Below, in pieces: positions 20,543 through 30,405 of a stretch of DNA of 64,000 nucleotides. The notes under the pieces were generated by a model that was not told the DNA's origin, did not search any database, and worked only from the letters and a program-made list of their open reading frames with translations. The DNA is taken from positions 7,208 through 71,207 of the forward strand of contig JANYAX010000036.1 of assembly GCA_025361085.1 (NCBI GenBank), written 5' to 3'. Position 1 is the first letter of the stretch; each line of letters opens with the position of its first letter. This DNA comes from Candidatus Nomurabacteria bacterium. Its GTDB lineage: Bacteria; Patescibacteriota; Minisyncoccia; Phycocordibacterales; UBA9973. The translations under genes were made by a program, and so were the position numbers.

Positions 20543-21385
20543 ATGAAAAAAGAAATCATACGGTCACTTGTAAATAACTTTGAATCTTGTGCTAAAAAAA
20601 CCGAAGAAGGAATAGAATTTTGGCTTGCTCGTGATTTACAACAACTTTTAGGATATGACAAGTGGGATAATTTTTTAAATGTTATCTCAAAAGCAAAAAT
20701 ATCTTGTGAAAATAGCGGTAATAATGTTTCTGATCATTTTGCCGACGTCGGGAAAACGATCCAAATGCCTAAAGGTGCCCAAAAAGAAGTGCCAGATTTA
20801 ATGCTCACTCGTTATGCTTGTTATTTAATTGCCCAAAATGGTGATCCTCGAAAAGAAGAGATATCTTTTGCCCAAAATTATTTTGCAGTTCAAACAAGAA
20901 AATTTGAAATCATTGAAAAAAGAATTCAAGAATTTGAAAGAATAAAAGCTCGTCATAAACTTACAGAGACCGAGAAAGAATTATCAAGCGTTATTTTTCA
21001 GCAAACACACAGCGACAAAAATTTTGCCCTTATTCGGAGTAAAGGAGATAAAGCTTTATTTGGGTATGGAACAAGTGAAATGAAAACAAGATTGGGTATT
21101 CCACAAAGTAGAGCGCTTTCAGATTTTCAACCAACAATTCTCTTAAAAGCAAAAGATTTTGCAACAGAAATTACGATTTTTAATACAAAAGCAAAAGGGC
21201 TAAGGACTGAACAATTAATTTCAGATGAGCATATAACTAACAATCGAAGTGTGCGTAAAACACTTATTGAGCGTGGCATCCGTCCAGAAAGTTTACCAGT
21301 TGAAGAAGATATTAAAAAAGTAGAAAGAAAGCTGTCGTCAGATGCTAAGAAAAATTTTAAAAAGCCAATAAAACTTAAAAAATAA
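20543..21385 (+). CDS. dinD: DNA-damage-inducible protein D (BRO-N-like domain)
   Basis: EFWLARDLQQLLGY, LTRYACYLIAQNGDPRK, IRSKGDKALFG motifs. Confidence 0.88.
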   Translation: MKKEIIRSLVNNFESCAKKTEEGIEFWLARDLQQLLGYDKWDNFLNVISKAKISCENSGNNVSDHFADVGKTIQMPKGAQKEVPDLMLTRYACYLIAQNGDPRKEEISFAQNYFAVQTRKFEIIEKRIQEFERIKARHKLTETEKELSSVIFQQTHSDKNFALIRSKGDKALFGYGTSEMKTRLGIPQSRALSDFQPTILLKAKDFATEITIFNTKAKGLRTEQLISDEHITNNRSVRKTLIERGIRPESLPVEEDIKKVERKLSSDAKKNFKKPIKLKK

Positions 21386-21432
21386 TTAAGATGTAAAGTA
21401 GAAGAATATTAATTAATAAATTTAAAAAAATT

Positions 21433-21822
21433 ATGGATGATTGTATTTTTTGTAAAATTGCAAAAGGGGAGATACTAAGTGAAAAAGTTTACGAAGATGA
21501 TGGTTTCTCTGCTTTTTTGGACATGAATCCTGTAGCTAAAGGCCACACTCTTCTAATACCCAAAAAACACGTAAGGTGGATGAAAGATTCTCCTGATGAA
21601 CTAATCAGTAATATTTTTATCCTCGCTAAAAATCTTATGATAAAAATCCAAGAAAAATTACAATGTGACTATGTCCAACTTTCCGTAGTTGGGGAAGAAA
21701 TAGGCCATTTTCATATACATTTAGTTCCTACATTTTTTAACCAAAAATTAGCAAAGTGGGATAAAACTAATTATGAATCAAAAGATGAAATGAAAAATTA
21801 TGCCCAAAAAATACGAGAATAA
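21433..21822 (+). CDS. HIT-family nucleotide hydrolase
   Basis: DCIFCKI start, GHTLLIPK, HFHIH triad. Confidence 0.95.
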   Translation: MDDCIFCKIAKGEILSEKVYEDDGFSAFLDMNPVAKGHTLLIPKKHVRWMKDSPDELISNIFILAKNLMIKIQEKLQCDYVQLSVVGEEIGHFHIHLVPTFFNQKLAKWDKTNYESKDEMKNYAQKIRE

Positions 21823-21824
21823 TT

Positions 21825-22604
21825 ATGTCTGAAATTGCTTCACAATATCAAATTAAACAGGGAACTTTCGAGGGGCCACTAGAGCTCCTACTTTCGCTTA
21901 TTGAACAAAGAAAGCTTTTTGTAAATGAGATATCGCTTGCCGAAGTTACAAATGATTATATCGCATATATTAAATCATTATCCGACGTTCCTAGCGACAA
22001 GCATATCGCGAATGTTTCGTATTTTATTTTGATCGCGGCAACTCTTATACTTATCAAATCAAAATCATTACTGCCCAATCTGGCGCTTACTGACGATGAG
22101 ACCGAGAAAATTTCTGATCTCGAGAATAGATTGAGGTTATACAAGGTTATAAAAAATGCGAGCGTTGAAATAAAAAATAATTTTGGAACGAAAATAATTT
22201 TCATGCCTAGTGAACGTATCTGGAGCGAGCCATTATTCTCACCAGATTCTACAATCACAATAAGTAGCATGAGCGATAGCATCAAAGATGTTCTTAATCA
22301 TGTTCCCAAAAAGGTTGAGAAGCTTCCTGAAATTGAAGTTAAGAAAATTATTAACATCGATGAAATAATAAATAGTCTGACCGACCGTATTCAAAATGCC
22401 ATGAATTTATCATTCAAAGCATTCACACAAAGTCAAGGTGCCGAAAATGTCGAGGAAGCAAAAGTCCATGTTATCGTTTCATTCCTTGCTATGTTAGAAT
22501 TGGTTAGAGAAGGAATAATAGACGTTATGCAGAATTCTTCTTTTGGAGATATAGAAATTAACAAACAACAAGTTCCCATAGGTCTGACCTATGGGCAGAA
22601 TTAA
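21825..22604 (+). CDS. scpA: Segregation and condensation protein A
   Basis: FEGPLELLLSLI; FLAMLELVR. Confidence 0.95.
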   Translation: MSEIASQYQIKQGTFEGPLELLLSLIEQRKLFVNEISLAEVTNDYIAYIKSLSDVPSDKHIANVSYFILIAATLILIKSKSLLPNLALTDDETEKISDLENRLRLYKVIKNASVEIKNNFGTKIIFMPSERIWSEPLFSPDSTITISSMSDSIKDVLNHVPKKVEKLPEIEVKKIINIDEIINSLTDRIQNAMNLSFKAFTQSQGAENVEEAKVHVIVSFLAMLELVREGIIDVMQNSSFGDIEINKQQVPIGLTYGQN

Positions 22605-22633
22605 AAGAATAAGTCCATAGGTCAGACCTATGG
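22575..22633. repeat. Pair of short palindromes in opposite orientation (one inside the scpA 3' end)
   Basis: CCCATAGGTCTGACCTATGGG at 22575-22595 and CCATAGGTCAGACCTATGG at 22615-22633. Confidence 0.8.
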
Positions 22634-22643
22634 GAAAACAACC

Positions 22644-23198
22644 ATGTCCATTGAACTTGAGGCAAAAATAGAAGGATTACTTTTTTATAAAGGAGAAGAT
22701 GTTGAAGTCAAGAAGTTGGCCGAACTTTTAAAAGTTTCAGTCGAAGAAATGGAAGAAGCATTGAAAAAACTTGAGCAATCTTTGACTGGGCGTGGACTTG
22801 TGCTTGTTCGCAAAGATGATTCTGTAGTACTTGGTATAACCAGTGAATTAAGTTCTTTGATCGAATCCATTCGCAAAGATGAAATAACAAAAGAACTCAC
22901 AAAATCATCTCTTGAAACGCTGTCTATCATTTTATACAAGAATGGAGTATCCCGAAGTGAAATAGATTATATCCGCGGAGTGAATTCTAGTTTCATCCTT
23001 CGCAATTTACTCGTTCGCGGACTTATAGAAAAAATTACCGATCCAAAAGATAGTAGACGTTTCCTCTATAGACCAACATTCGATACTTTATCATTTATGG
23101 GAATTACTTCGATAAAAGAATTACCAAACTACGATGAAGTTTTAGCTCAATTACAAGAAGTTATAAAACAAGAAGAAAATCATGATCAACTCTCTTAA
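22644..23198 (+). CDS. scpB: Segregation and condensation protein B
   Basis: LETLSIILY, RSEIDYIRGVNS motifs; follows scpA. Confidence 0.95.
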   Translation: MSIELEAKIEGLLFYKGEDVEVKKLAELLKVSVEEMEEALKKLEQSLTGRGLVLVRKDDSVVLGITSELSSLIESIRKDEITKELTKSSLETLSIILYKNGVSRSEIDYIRGVNSSFILRNLLVRGLIEKITDPKDSRRFLYRPTFDTLSFMGITSIKELPNYDEVLAQLQEVIKQEENHDQLS

Positions 23199-24240
23199 AA
23201 TATTTTTACCGGCTGTTATAAGTTTTATTATTGGGATATTGTTGACCCCCATTGCTACGCATTATTTTTTCAAATATAAAATGTGGCGCAGATGCTCTAG
23301 AAACGAGAATATTCCAGTCGAGAAATTAAGCGGTTTTGCTAAAATTCATGACGACAAAGCAGAAATATCTACTCCTCGCACTGGTGGTATAATTATTTGG
23401 GCTTCTGTGATTCTAACGCTTGCGGTTGTGTGGATTTTCGACTTTGTCTTTGATGGCGTCATCAGTACCAAATTATATTTTATTACTCGAAACCAGACAC
23501 TTCTTCCATTCTTCACTCTCATTGTTGCTTCACTTATAGGTCTTGGTGATGACTTTTTACAAATTTTTGGTCGTGGTAAGTGGACAACCGACCCAATAAT
23601 TTTGCGATATATAAAAATAGGAATTATTTTATTGTTAGGTCTTGTCATCGGTTTGTGGTTTTATTTTAAACTCGGTGTTACTGAATTATATATTCCATGG
23701 TATGGATTTATCAATCTCGGTTTTTTATTTATCCCCTTTTTTATTCTGGTCATGCTTTCTCTTTGGTCAACGAGTGTAATCGATGGTGTAGATGGCCTTT
23801 CTGGTGGAGTTCTCGCTTCGATATTCATGGCTTATACTATTATCGCTTTCTTTAATAATCAGGCCGATCTAGCAACATTTTGTGCGGTGATTACTGGTGG
23901 AATACTTGCTTTTTTGTGGTTCAATATTCCTCCTGCACGATTTTATATGGGAGAAACAGGCATGATTGGGCTTACCGTCACGCTGTCGGTTATCGCATTT
24001 ATGACCGATACAGTTTTACTTTTGCCGATAATTGCATTTCCGCTATTTATTACTGCACTTTCTGATGTAATTCAAATTGCCTCACGAAAGCTTCGCCATG
24101 GTAAAAAAGTTTTCTTATTTGCCCCACTCCATCATCACTTTGAAGCTATTGGTTGGTCAAAACCAAAAATTACTATGCGCTACTGGATCGTAGGGATCAT
24201 GACATCAATCATCGGAGTTATAATTTCGCTTATTAGTTAA
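23182..24240 (+). CDS. mraY: Phospho-N-acetylmuramoyl-pentapeptide transferase
   Basis: TPRTGG, GLGDD, DGVDGL, FYMGETG, APLHHHFE. Confidence 0.96.
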   Translation: MINSLKIFLPAVISFIIGILLTPIATHYFFKYKMWRRCSRNENIPVEKLSGFAKIHDDKAEISTPRTGGIIIWASVILTLAVVWIFDFVFDGVISTKLYFITRNQTLLPFFTLIVASLIGLGDDFLQIFGRGKWTTDPIILRYIKIGIILLLGLVIGLWFYFKLGVTELYIPWYGFINLGFLFIPFFILVMLSLWSTSVIDGVDGLSGGVLASIFMAYTIIAFFNNQADLATFCAVITGGILAFLWFNIPPARFYMGETGMIGLTVTLSVIAFMTDTVLLLPIIAFPLFITALSDVIQIASRKLRHGKKVFLFAPLHHHFEAIGWSKPKITMRYWIVGIMTSIIGVIISLIS

Positions 24241-24253
24241 AACGAAAAGGTTA

Positions 24254-25369
24254 ATGAAGCAAAATAAAATTGATAAAGTATTTTTTGGTATTGTAATCGC
24301 TCTTGTTGTTATAGGGTTGATCGCTTTTACTTCTGCATCACTTGGGATATTGGCTAAAAGCGAAACAAAATTTTACAGTGTGATATTCAGCCAGTACGTA
24401 TTTGGATTTTTGGGTGGGTTAATCGCTCTTGTCATTGGGCTTAAAATCCCTTACAAACTATTGAGAAAGCATTCACTTGTTCTATTTATTCTTTCAATAA
24501 TATTAACTGGACTAGTCTTGGTTCCAGGTATTGGGCAGACGCACGGTGGCGCGCGCAGATGGGTAGAGATTTTTGGTTATTCATTCCAACCAGTTGAATT
24601 TCTAAAAATTGGATTTATTATTTATTTTGCGGCGTGGCTATCATGGGCAAAAGGAAAAGTTCGCGATCCTATTTTCAGTGTTTTACCTCTTGTGGTTATG
24701 CTCGGAGTTATCGCGGGGGTATTACTCAAACAGCCTGACACAAAAAGTATCATACTTATAACTATCACTGCTGCTGTTATGCTATTTGTCTCTGGAGCTC
24801 CGATCAAATATATTCTAGGAATTGTCGGGCTATCAATCATTGCGCTTGTGATACTTGTATCATTCAAACCTTATTTGAGAGAAAGAGTAAATACATTTCT
24901 AAATCCTGGCGAAAATAGTAGAACTTCATCATATCAACTTCAGCAATCACTCATTGCTGTTGGATCAGGTGGAATAATGGGGCGAGGACTAGGCCAGAGT
25001 ATTCAAAAGTTTAATTATTTACCTGAGCCACAAGGGGACTCGATCTTTGCTGTTTATGGCGAAGAAATGGGATTTGTAGGAACAGCAGTTTTGATTTGTC
25101 TTTATCTTGCCTTTGTTCTGCGCGGTTATCGAATCGCGATTCGCAATGCACCAGATTCATTTGCAAAATTGCTCGTAATCGGGATAGTGACCATCATCAC
25201 AGCTCAATCATTTATGAATATCGCCTCAATAATCGGGGTCTTTCCTCTGACGGGAGTGCCTCTTGTATTCATTTCTCAAGGAGGAACAGCATTACTTCTT
25301 TCGCTTGGTATGGTTGGGATAGTCTTAAACATTTCACGATTCCAGGTTAAAGCTATAGTGGAAAGATAA
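24254..25369 (+). CDS. ftsW: SEDS peptidoglycan polymerase FtsW
   Basis: GARRW, FQPVEFLK, QPD, LPEPQGDSIF, TGVPLVFISQGG; lies between mraY and murG. Confidence 0.92.
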   Translation: MKQNKIDKVFFGIVIALVVIGLIAFTSASLGILAKSETKFYSVIFSQYVFGFLGGLIALVIGLKIPYKLLRKHSLVLFILSIILTGLVLVPGIGQTHGGARRWVEIFGYSFQPVEFLKIGFIIYFAAWLSWAKGKVRDPIFSVLPLVVMLGVIAGVLLKQPDTKSIILITITAAVMLFVSGAPIKYILGIVGLSIIALVILVSFKPYLRERVNTFLNPGENSRTSSYQLQQSLIAVGSGGIMGRGLGQSIQKFNYLPEPQGDSIFAVYGEEMGFVGTAVLICLYLAFVLRGYRIAIRNAPDSFAKLLVIGIVTIITAQSFMNIASIIGVFPLTGVPLVFISQGGTALLLSLGMVGIVLNISRFQVKAIVER

Positions 25370-25395
25370 TCAAAAATACGATATAATTTGGGTAT

Positions 25396-26532
25396 ATGAA
25401 AATATTACTTACAGGAGGTGGAACAGGGGGGCATTTTTATCCGCTTATTGCTATTGCTGAAAAGCTTATAGAAGTTGCCGATAAAGAAAAAATCATTGAC
25501 TTAAAACTTTATTATATGTCAGACAAGCCGTATGATAAGCGTTTACTTTTCGAAAACAACATTCGTTTTGTTCAGATTCCTGCAGGTAAAATGCGCACAT
25601 ATTTCTCGGTTAGAAACTTTTTTGATATGTTCGCTACGGCAACTGGCGCATTTTTTGGTTTAATCAGCATGTTTTTTATTTATCCTGACGTGGTTATATC
25701 AAAAGGTGGTTATGCCGCTTTTCCAGCAGTTCTTGCTGCAAAGTTATTGAGAATCCCAGTCATAGTTCACGAATCCGATTCATACCCAGGAAGACAAAAT
25801 GTTTGGACAGCAAAGTTCGCTTGGCATGTCGCTATTTCTTGGCCAGAAGCAATCGAATATTTACCAAAAGAAAAAACAATTCTAACGGGGCAACCAATTC
25901 GTAAAGAAATTTTACACGGCGATCCAAATGGCGCGCTCGAATACTTCAAATTGAAATCAGATCTTCCTATTATTCTTGTCATCGGTGGTTCTCAAGGAGC
26001 AGAAATCATAAATAATATTATTGTCGACATACTCCCAACTCTTTTATCGAAGTACCAAATTATTCACCAGACTGGGCCTAATAATATCGAAGAAGTATTG
26101 GGGCGTTCAAAATTGTTAATGGAAAATAATCCAAATATCGATAGATATGCACCGATACCATACTTAAATAATCTTGCTACTCGTATGGCCGCTGGCTGTG
26201 CCAATCTTGTGATTTCGCGCGCCGGATCTGCAATCTTTGAAATCGCATCATGGGGGATTCCTTCTATTATTATTCCGATCACCAATTCAAATGGTGATCA
26301 CCAAAGGAAAAACGCATACAATTATGCTCGAAACGGTGCGTGTGAAGTCGTAGAAGAAGCAAACCTAACTTCTCATTTATTGGTAGCAGAAATTGATAAA
26401 ATTTTATCGTCTCCACAAAAAATGGCACAGATGAAGACCAATGCGCTTACTTTCGCTTCGCCTGACGCCGCCGATAAAATCGCAAAATCTGCCATTGATT
26501 TAGCACTTACTCATGAAGAAAAAGAAAATTAA
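25396..26532 (+). CDS. murG: Lipid II GlcNAc transferase MurG
   Basis: GGGTGGHFYP, GGSQGA, SRAG, HQRKNA. Confidence 0.97.
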   Translation: MKILLTGGGTGGHFYPLIAIAEKLIEVADKEKIIDLKLYYMSDKPYDKRLLFENNIRFVQIPAGKMRTYFSVRNFFDMFATATGAFFGLISMFFIYPDVVISKGGYAAFPAVLAAKLLRIPVIVHESDSYPGRQNVWTAKFAWHVAISWPEAIEYLPKEKTILTGQPIRKEILHGDPNGALEYFKLKSDLPIILVIGGSQGAEIINNIIVDILPTLLSKYQIIHQTGPNNIEEVLGRSKLLMENNPNIDRYAPIPYLNNLATRMAAGCANLVISRAGSAIFEIASWGIPSIIIPITNSNGDHQRKNAYNYARNGACEVVEEANLTSHLLVAEIDKILSSPQKMAQMKTNALTFASPDAADKIAKSAIDLALTHEEKEN

Positions 26533-26537
26533 TAAAC

Positions 26538-27983
26538 ATGGATACAAATTCAAACAAAAAAATAGTTACGCGTTTTGCTCCTTCACCGACAGGGTTTATG
26601 CATGTGGGGAATTTGAGAACAGCACTTTTTACATATTTGCTTGCAAAAAAGAATGATGGAACATTTATTTTAAGAATTGAAGATACTGATAAAGAAAGAG
26701 AGGTATCAGGAGCAACAGAACATATATTAAAAGTACTTAAATGGGTTGGAATAAGCTGGGATGAGGGTCCAGATATCGGAGGCCCAAATGCGCCATATAC
26801 TCAATCTGAAAGATTAAATATATATAAACAATATGCAGAAAAGTTAATTGAAAAGGGGCTAGCATATCCCGACCCATACACAGAAGAAGAAGTTGAGACA
26901 TTACGCAAAAAAGCAGAAAGCGAAAAACGACCATTTTTATATCGAGAATACCGACCTGAAACTTTTGGTATTTGGGATGGTAAAAAACCTTTGAGATATA
27001 AAGTTCCAGAGGTAAAAGTTTTTCGTTGGCACGATTTGGTGTTTGGTGATTTATCCGCGGGACCAGAAGCATTGGATGATTTCATCTTGATTAAAAGTGA
27101 TGGTTATCCTACTTACAATTTTTGTCATATTGTTGATGATATAGAAATGGGAATTACTCATGTTGTTCGGGGTCAAGAATATATTTCTTCTATTCCAAAA
27201 TATCTTTCTTTGTATGAATCCTTAGAGGTAACACCACCGTTTTATATTTGCATGCCTCATATAATGGGAAAGAATGGAATTAAAAAATTAGGTAAAAGAG
27301 ATGGAGCTAAAGATGTTCTCGATTATGAAAAAGAAGGATATTTACCTGCGGCAATGGTGAATTATTTAGCTTTGCTTGGTTGGCACCCAAGTGATGATAA
27401 GGAATTGTTTTCAATGGATGAATTAAAAAAAGTATTTGATGTAAATCGAGTTCAAAAATCAGGAGCGCAGTGGAATGATGAAAAACTTGATTGGATGAAT
27501 AAAGAATATATCAAACTTCTAGATAAAGAAACTCTTCAAAATAAAATTTTTGAACAATTACCAGAAGAATTAAAAAAAGAAAAGTTGGTACCAATCATCG
27601 CTGAACGAATTTCTAAATTTAGTGATATAAAGACAATGCTTGAAAATAAAGAGCTGGACTTTTTCTATAAGAAACCAGAATATCAAAAAGAAAAACTTTT
27701 ATTTAAAGATACTACTATTGAAAAAACGATTATCAATTTGAGCACAGCATTAGAATCATTCGAAAAATTTGGAAAAGACGATTATACAAAAGAGAAGATT
27801 AAGATAGCATTAATGGAGATCGCTGACCACGAAAAAAGTAGAGGGGAAGTGCTACACCCAGTAAGATTTGCATTATCAGGCCTCGATAAATCGCCAGATC
27901 CATTCATTTTAGCCGAAATACTTGGCAAAAATGAGACAATTTCACGTTTAAATGAGGCTATTAGATTATTAAAAACGCAATAA
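26538..27983 (+). CDS. gltX: Glutamate--tRNA ligase
   Basis: RFAPSPTG.MHVG, LRIEDTD, KLGKR. Confidence 0.98.
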   Translation: MDTNSNKKIVTRFAPSPTGFMHVGNLRTALFTYLLAKKNDGTFILRIEDTDKEREVSGATEHILKVLKWVGISWDEGPDIGGPNAPYTQSERLNIYKQYAEKLIEKGLAYPDPYTEEEVETLRKKAESEKRPFLYREYRPETFGIWDGKKPLRYKVPEVKVFRWHDLVFGDLSAGPEALDDFILIKSDGYPTYNFCHIVDDIEMGITHVVRGQEYISSIPKYLSLYESLEVTPPFYICMPHIMGKNGIKKLGKRDGAKDVLDYEKEGYLPAAMVNYLALLGWHPSDDKELFSMDELKKVFDVNRVQKSGAQWNDEKLDWMNKEYIKLLDKETLQNKIFEQLPEELKKEKLVPIIAERISKFSDIKTMLENKELDFFYKKPEYQKEKLLFKDTTIEKTIINLSTALESFEKFGKDDYTKEKIKIALMEIADHEKSRGEVLHPVRFALSGLDKSPDPFILAEILGKNETISRLNEAIRLLKTQ

Positions 27984-28005
27984 TGAGGTATAATACAAGA
28001 TATTA

Positions 28006-29280
28006 ATGAGAAAATTGATATTTTATATTATTTTAATAGCAATTATCGTCGCCTTTTTACCTGGTCAAGTTAAAGCTTTGACGGCAGAACAGGTACGCCA
28101 GCAAATCGAAGATACAAACAATCAAATCGACGCTCTTGATAAAGAGATAAAGCAATATCAATCACAAATATCTGAGACGAGTGCTCAATCAAACACGCTC
28201 GCAAATTTAATAAAAGAATTAACTCTTACTCGAAATAAGTTAATAGCAGAGAGAACACAAATACAGAAAAAAATTACAGCAACGGGTTTAGTAATCGAAA
28301 CACTCATAGGCGACATTAGTGACAAAGAAAAATCTATAGCGATTTTAAAACAATCTTTCAGTAAAATGATTAATGATCTTAATCAAAATGACAACACCTC
28401 GATTATTGAACGCCTTTTGACGATTGGAAATTTCTCTGACTTCAGTTATGACTATAACAATTTACTTACTCTTAATGAAAAAATTAAAGAGAATATAAAA
28501 AATATTTCCGAAGAAAAAGCACAATTACTTACTTCCAAAACAGAAAAGGAAGGCGAAAAACAAAATCTAGATACTCTCAAACAAAATCTAGTTCAAAAAG
28601 AGCAAGTAGTAGCGATTACAAAGAAAGAGAAAGATACATTATTTACAGAAACAAAAAACAAAGAAGCCGAGTACAAAAAACTTTTAGCTGAGAAAGAAAA
28701 AATTAAAGAATCTTTCGAGAAAGTTCTAGAAGATTACGAATCAAAACTTAAATTTATTCTAAACCCAAAACTTTTACCAAAAGAAGGTTCTGGGGTACTA
28801 TCTTGGCCACTCGACTATATTTTAGTCACATCTCCATATGGCTCAAGGTGGGGTAAATTCCACTATGGAATGGATTTCAGAGCCTCAGTTGGAACAAATG
28901 TCATGTCGATGGCTTCAGGAACGGTCATGGGCACTGGTGATACCGATATCGATTGTAAAAGTGCATCTTTTGGTAAATGGGTGTTCATTAAATATGATAA
29001 TGGACTTTCGAGTACATATGGGCACTTGTCGGTAATATCTACCAAGAAAGGACAAGTCGTAAAAACCGGTGACATCGTAGCACTTTCTGGAAATACTGGT
29101 TCATCAATGGGACCTCATTTACATGTAGCTGTTTACGCATCTGATGGAGTCAAAGTAGATACTGTTCCAAGTAAAAGTTGTAATGGAAAAATATTTACTC
29201 AACCGATAGCCGCGCTAACTGCATATCTTGACCCAACATTATATTTACCTAAAATTACGTCGGATATGATTAAAAAATAA
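28006..29280 (+). CDS. Secreted coiled-coil protein with M23 peptidase domain (EnvC/PcsB-like)
   Basis: Signal peptide, long coiled coil, HYGMD, YGHL and GPHLH motifs. Confidence 0.9.
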   Translation: MRKLIFYIILIAIIVAFLPGQVKALTAEQVRQQIEDTNNQIDALDKEIKQYQSQISETSAQSNTLANLIKELTLTRNKLIAERTQIQKKITATGLVIETLIGDISDKEKSIAILKQSFSKMINDLNQNDNTSIIERLLTIGNFSDFSYDYNNLLTLNEKIKENIKNISEEKAQLLTSKTEKEGEKQNLDTLKQNLVQKEQVVAITKKEKDTLFTETKNKEAEYKKLLAEKEKIKESFEKVLEDYESKLKFILNPKLLPKEGSGVLSWPLDYILVTSPYGSRWGKFHYGMDFRASVGTNVMSMASGTVMGTGDTDIDCKSASFGKWVFIKYDNGLSSTYGHLSVISTKKGQVVKTGDIVALSGNTGSSMGPHLHVAVYASDGVKVDTVPSKSCNGKIFTQPIAALTAYLDPTLYLPKITSDMIKK

Positions 29281-29328
29281 TTATTGACTTGCGTATAAAC
29301 ATTATTAAGTGTTATAATAATATTATAT

Positions 29329-29646
29329 ATGGATAAAGATGAAAGAAAACCAAGATTACATATTCACATTGGGGGGTTAGTAATTATCATAATTATCGTT
29401 CTTGTTTTGTTCAAGTTTGATATCAAATCAAAAATTAATTCTCCTCAATTCCAGAAAAATGTCACATATGTTGAAGATCAGGTCAAAGGTTTATGGCAGA
29501 AATATATTTCTGGCCCACTAAGATCTAAAACCGGAGATATGTTTATAGATGTTACAAATCAAGGGCTTAAAAAAATTCAAGATAATTTTACAAATAATGT
29601 ATTCAAAACTCCAACAGAAGACACCGTAAATAAGATAACTAACTAA
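29329..29646 (+). CDS. Hypothetical single-TM protein
   Basis: ORF with N-terminal TM; upstream TTGACT...TATAAT-like promoter. Confidence 0.7.
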   Translation: MDKDERKPRLHIHIGGLVIIIIIVLVLFKFDIKSKINSPQFQKNVTYVEDQVKGLWQKYISGPLRSKTGDMFIDVTNQGLKKIQDNFTNNVFKTPTEDTVNKITN

Positions 29647-29765
29647 ACTCGGTAATGCCGAGTTTAGTCGTTGCACATTATAAGATATATGTTATACTTA
29701 TACACGTGTAAAGGCACATGAACCACGTCGAAGTTTCAAGCAAAAACTAATCTAATAAAAATCGT

Positions 29766-29963
29766 ATGACAGGAACAATCAAAACTCTTACAGATAAAGG
29801 ATTTGGGTTTATAGCTCGTGAAGGCGAAGCTAAAGATCTCTTCTTCCATTCCAAAGAGCTAGTTGGTGTTACTTATGATGAACTAAAAGTAGGCGACGCA
29901 GTCACTTTTGAAGTTACTCAAAGTGAAAAAGGCCCAGCTGCTACAAAAGTATCTCTCGCGTAG
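29766..29963 (+). CDS. Cold-shock protein
   Basis: KGFGFI (RNP1), LFFHS (RNP2), KGPAA. Confidence 0.97.
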   Translation: MTGTIKTLTDKGFGFIAREGEAKDLFFHSKELVGVTYDELKVGDAVTFEVTQSEKGPAATKVSLA

Positions 29964-30015
29964 TCAAAACTAAAAATACTCTCACTGTTATGTGAGAGTA
30001 TTTTTAGTTTTGACT
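29962..30015. terminator. Perfect 24-bp hairpin after the csp gene
   Basis: AGTCAAAACTAAAAATACTCTCAC-TGTTAT-GTGAGAGTATTTTTAGTTTTGACT. Confidence 0.7.
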
Positions 30016-30063
30016 TATCTTTTTATAAGATGTAACATTAAGGAAACTAAAAAAGGAGGCCAA

Positions 30064-30213
30064 ATGCCAACTAAAATTCAGAGCAAAAACAAACCCTTAC
30101 CCAAAAATAAAACAAGGAGGAGGGTTAGATTATTTTTCAGAGAAAAACTATCTCCGAGTGTATTTGCGAGAGAGCCAGTCGAATGGACTGGAAAAAAGAT
30201 TTACGACAAATAA
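30064..30213 (+). CDS. Hypothetical small basic protein
   Basis: AAGGAGG ahead of ATG 30064; followed by hairpin at ~30215-30245. Confidence 0.4.
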   Translation: MPTKIQSKNKPLPKNKTRRRVRLFFREKLSPSVFAREPVEWTGKKIYDK

Positions 30214-30252
30214 AATTGGCTACCTTATTTAGGTAGCCAATTCTATTTTATG

Positions 30253-30336
30253 TGCCCGGGGTGGGACTTGAACCCACACGCCATAAATGGCAAGAAATTT
30301 TAAGTCTCTCGTGGCTACCAATTACACCACCCGGGC
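30253..30336 (-). tRNA. tRNA-Leu(TAA)
   Basis: Reverse complement GCCCGGGTGGTGTAATTGGTAGCCACG...CTTAAAA...GTGGGTTCAAGTCCCACCCCGGGCA; long variable arm; CCA not encoded. Confidence 0.95.
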
Positions 30337-30405
30337 AAATAAAAACTTACAGTTAATATAATTACATAATTTTCAATATTTTACAAATTTTGCTATACTA
30401 TTTCT

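Noticed and set aside
30253-30336. tRNA-Leu as the prophage integration site
   Set aside because: No duplicate of its 3' end was seen near the integrase; gatB and gap lie between it and the phage, and the att repeat is in gap.
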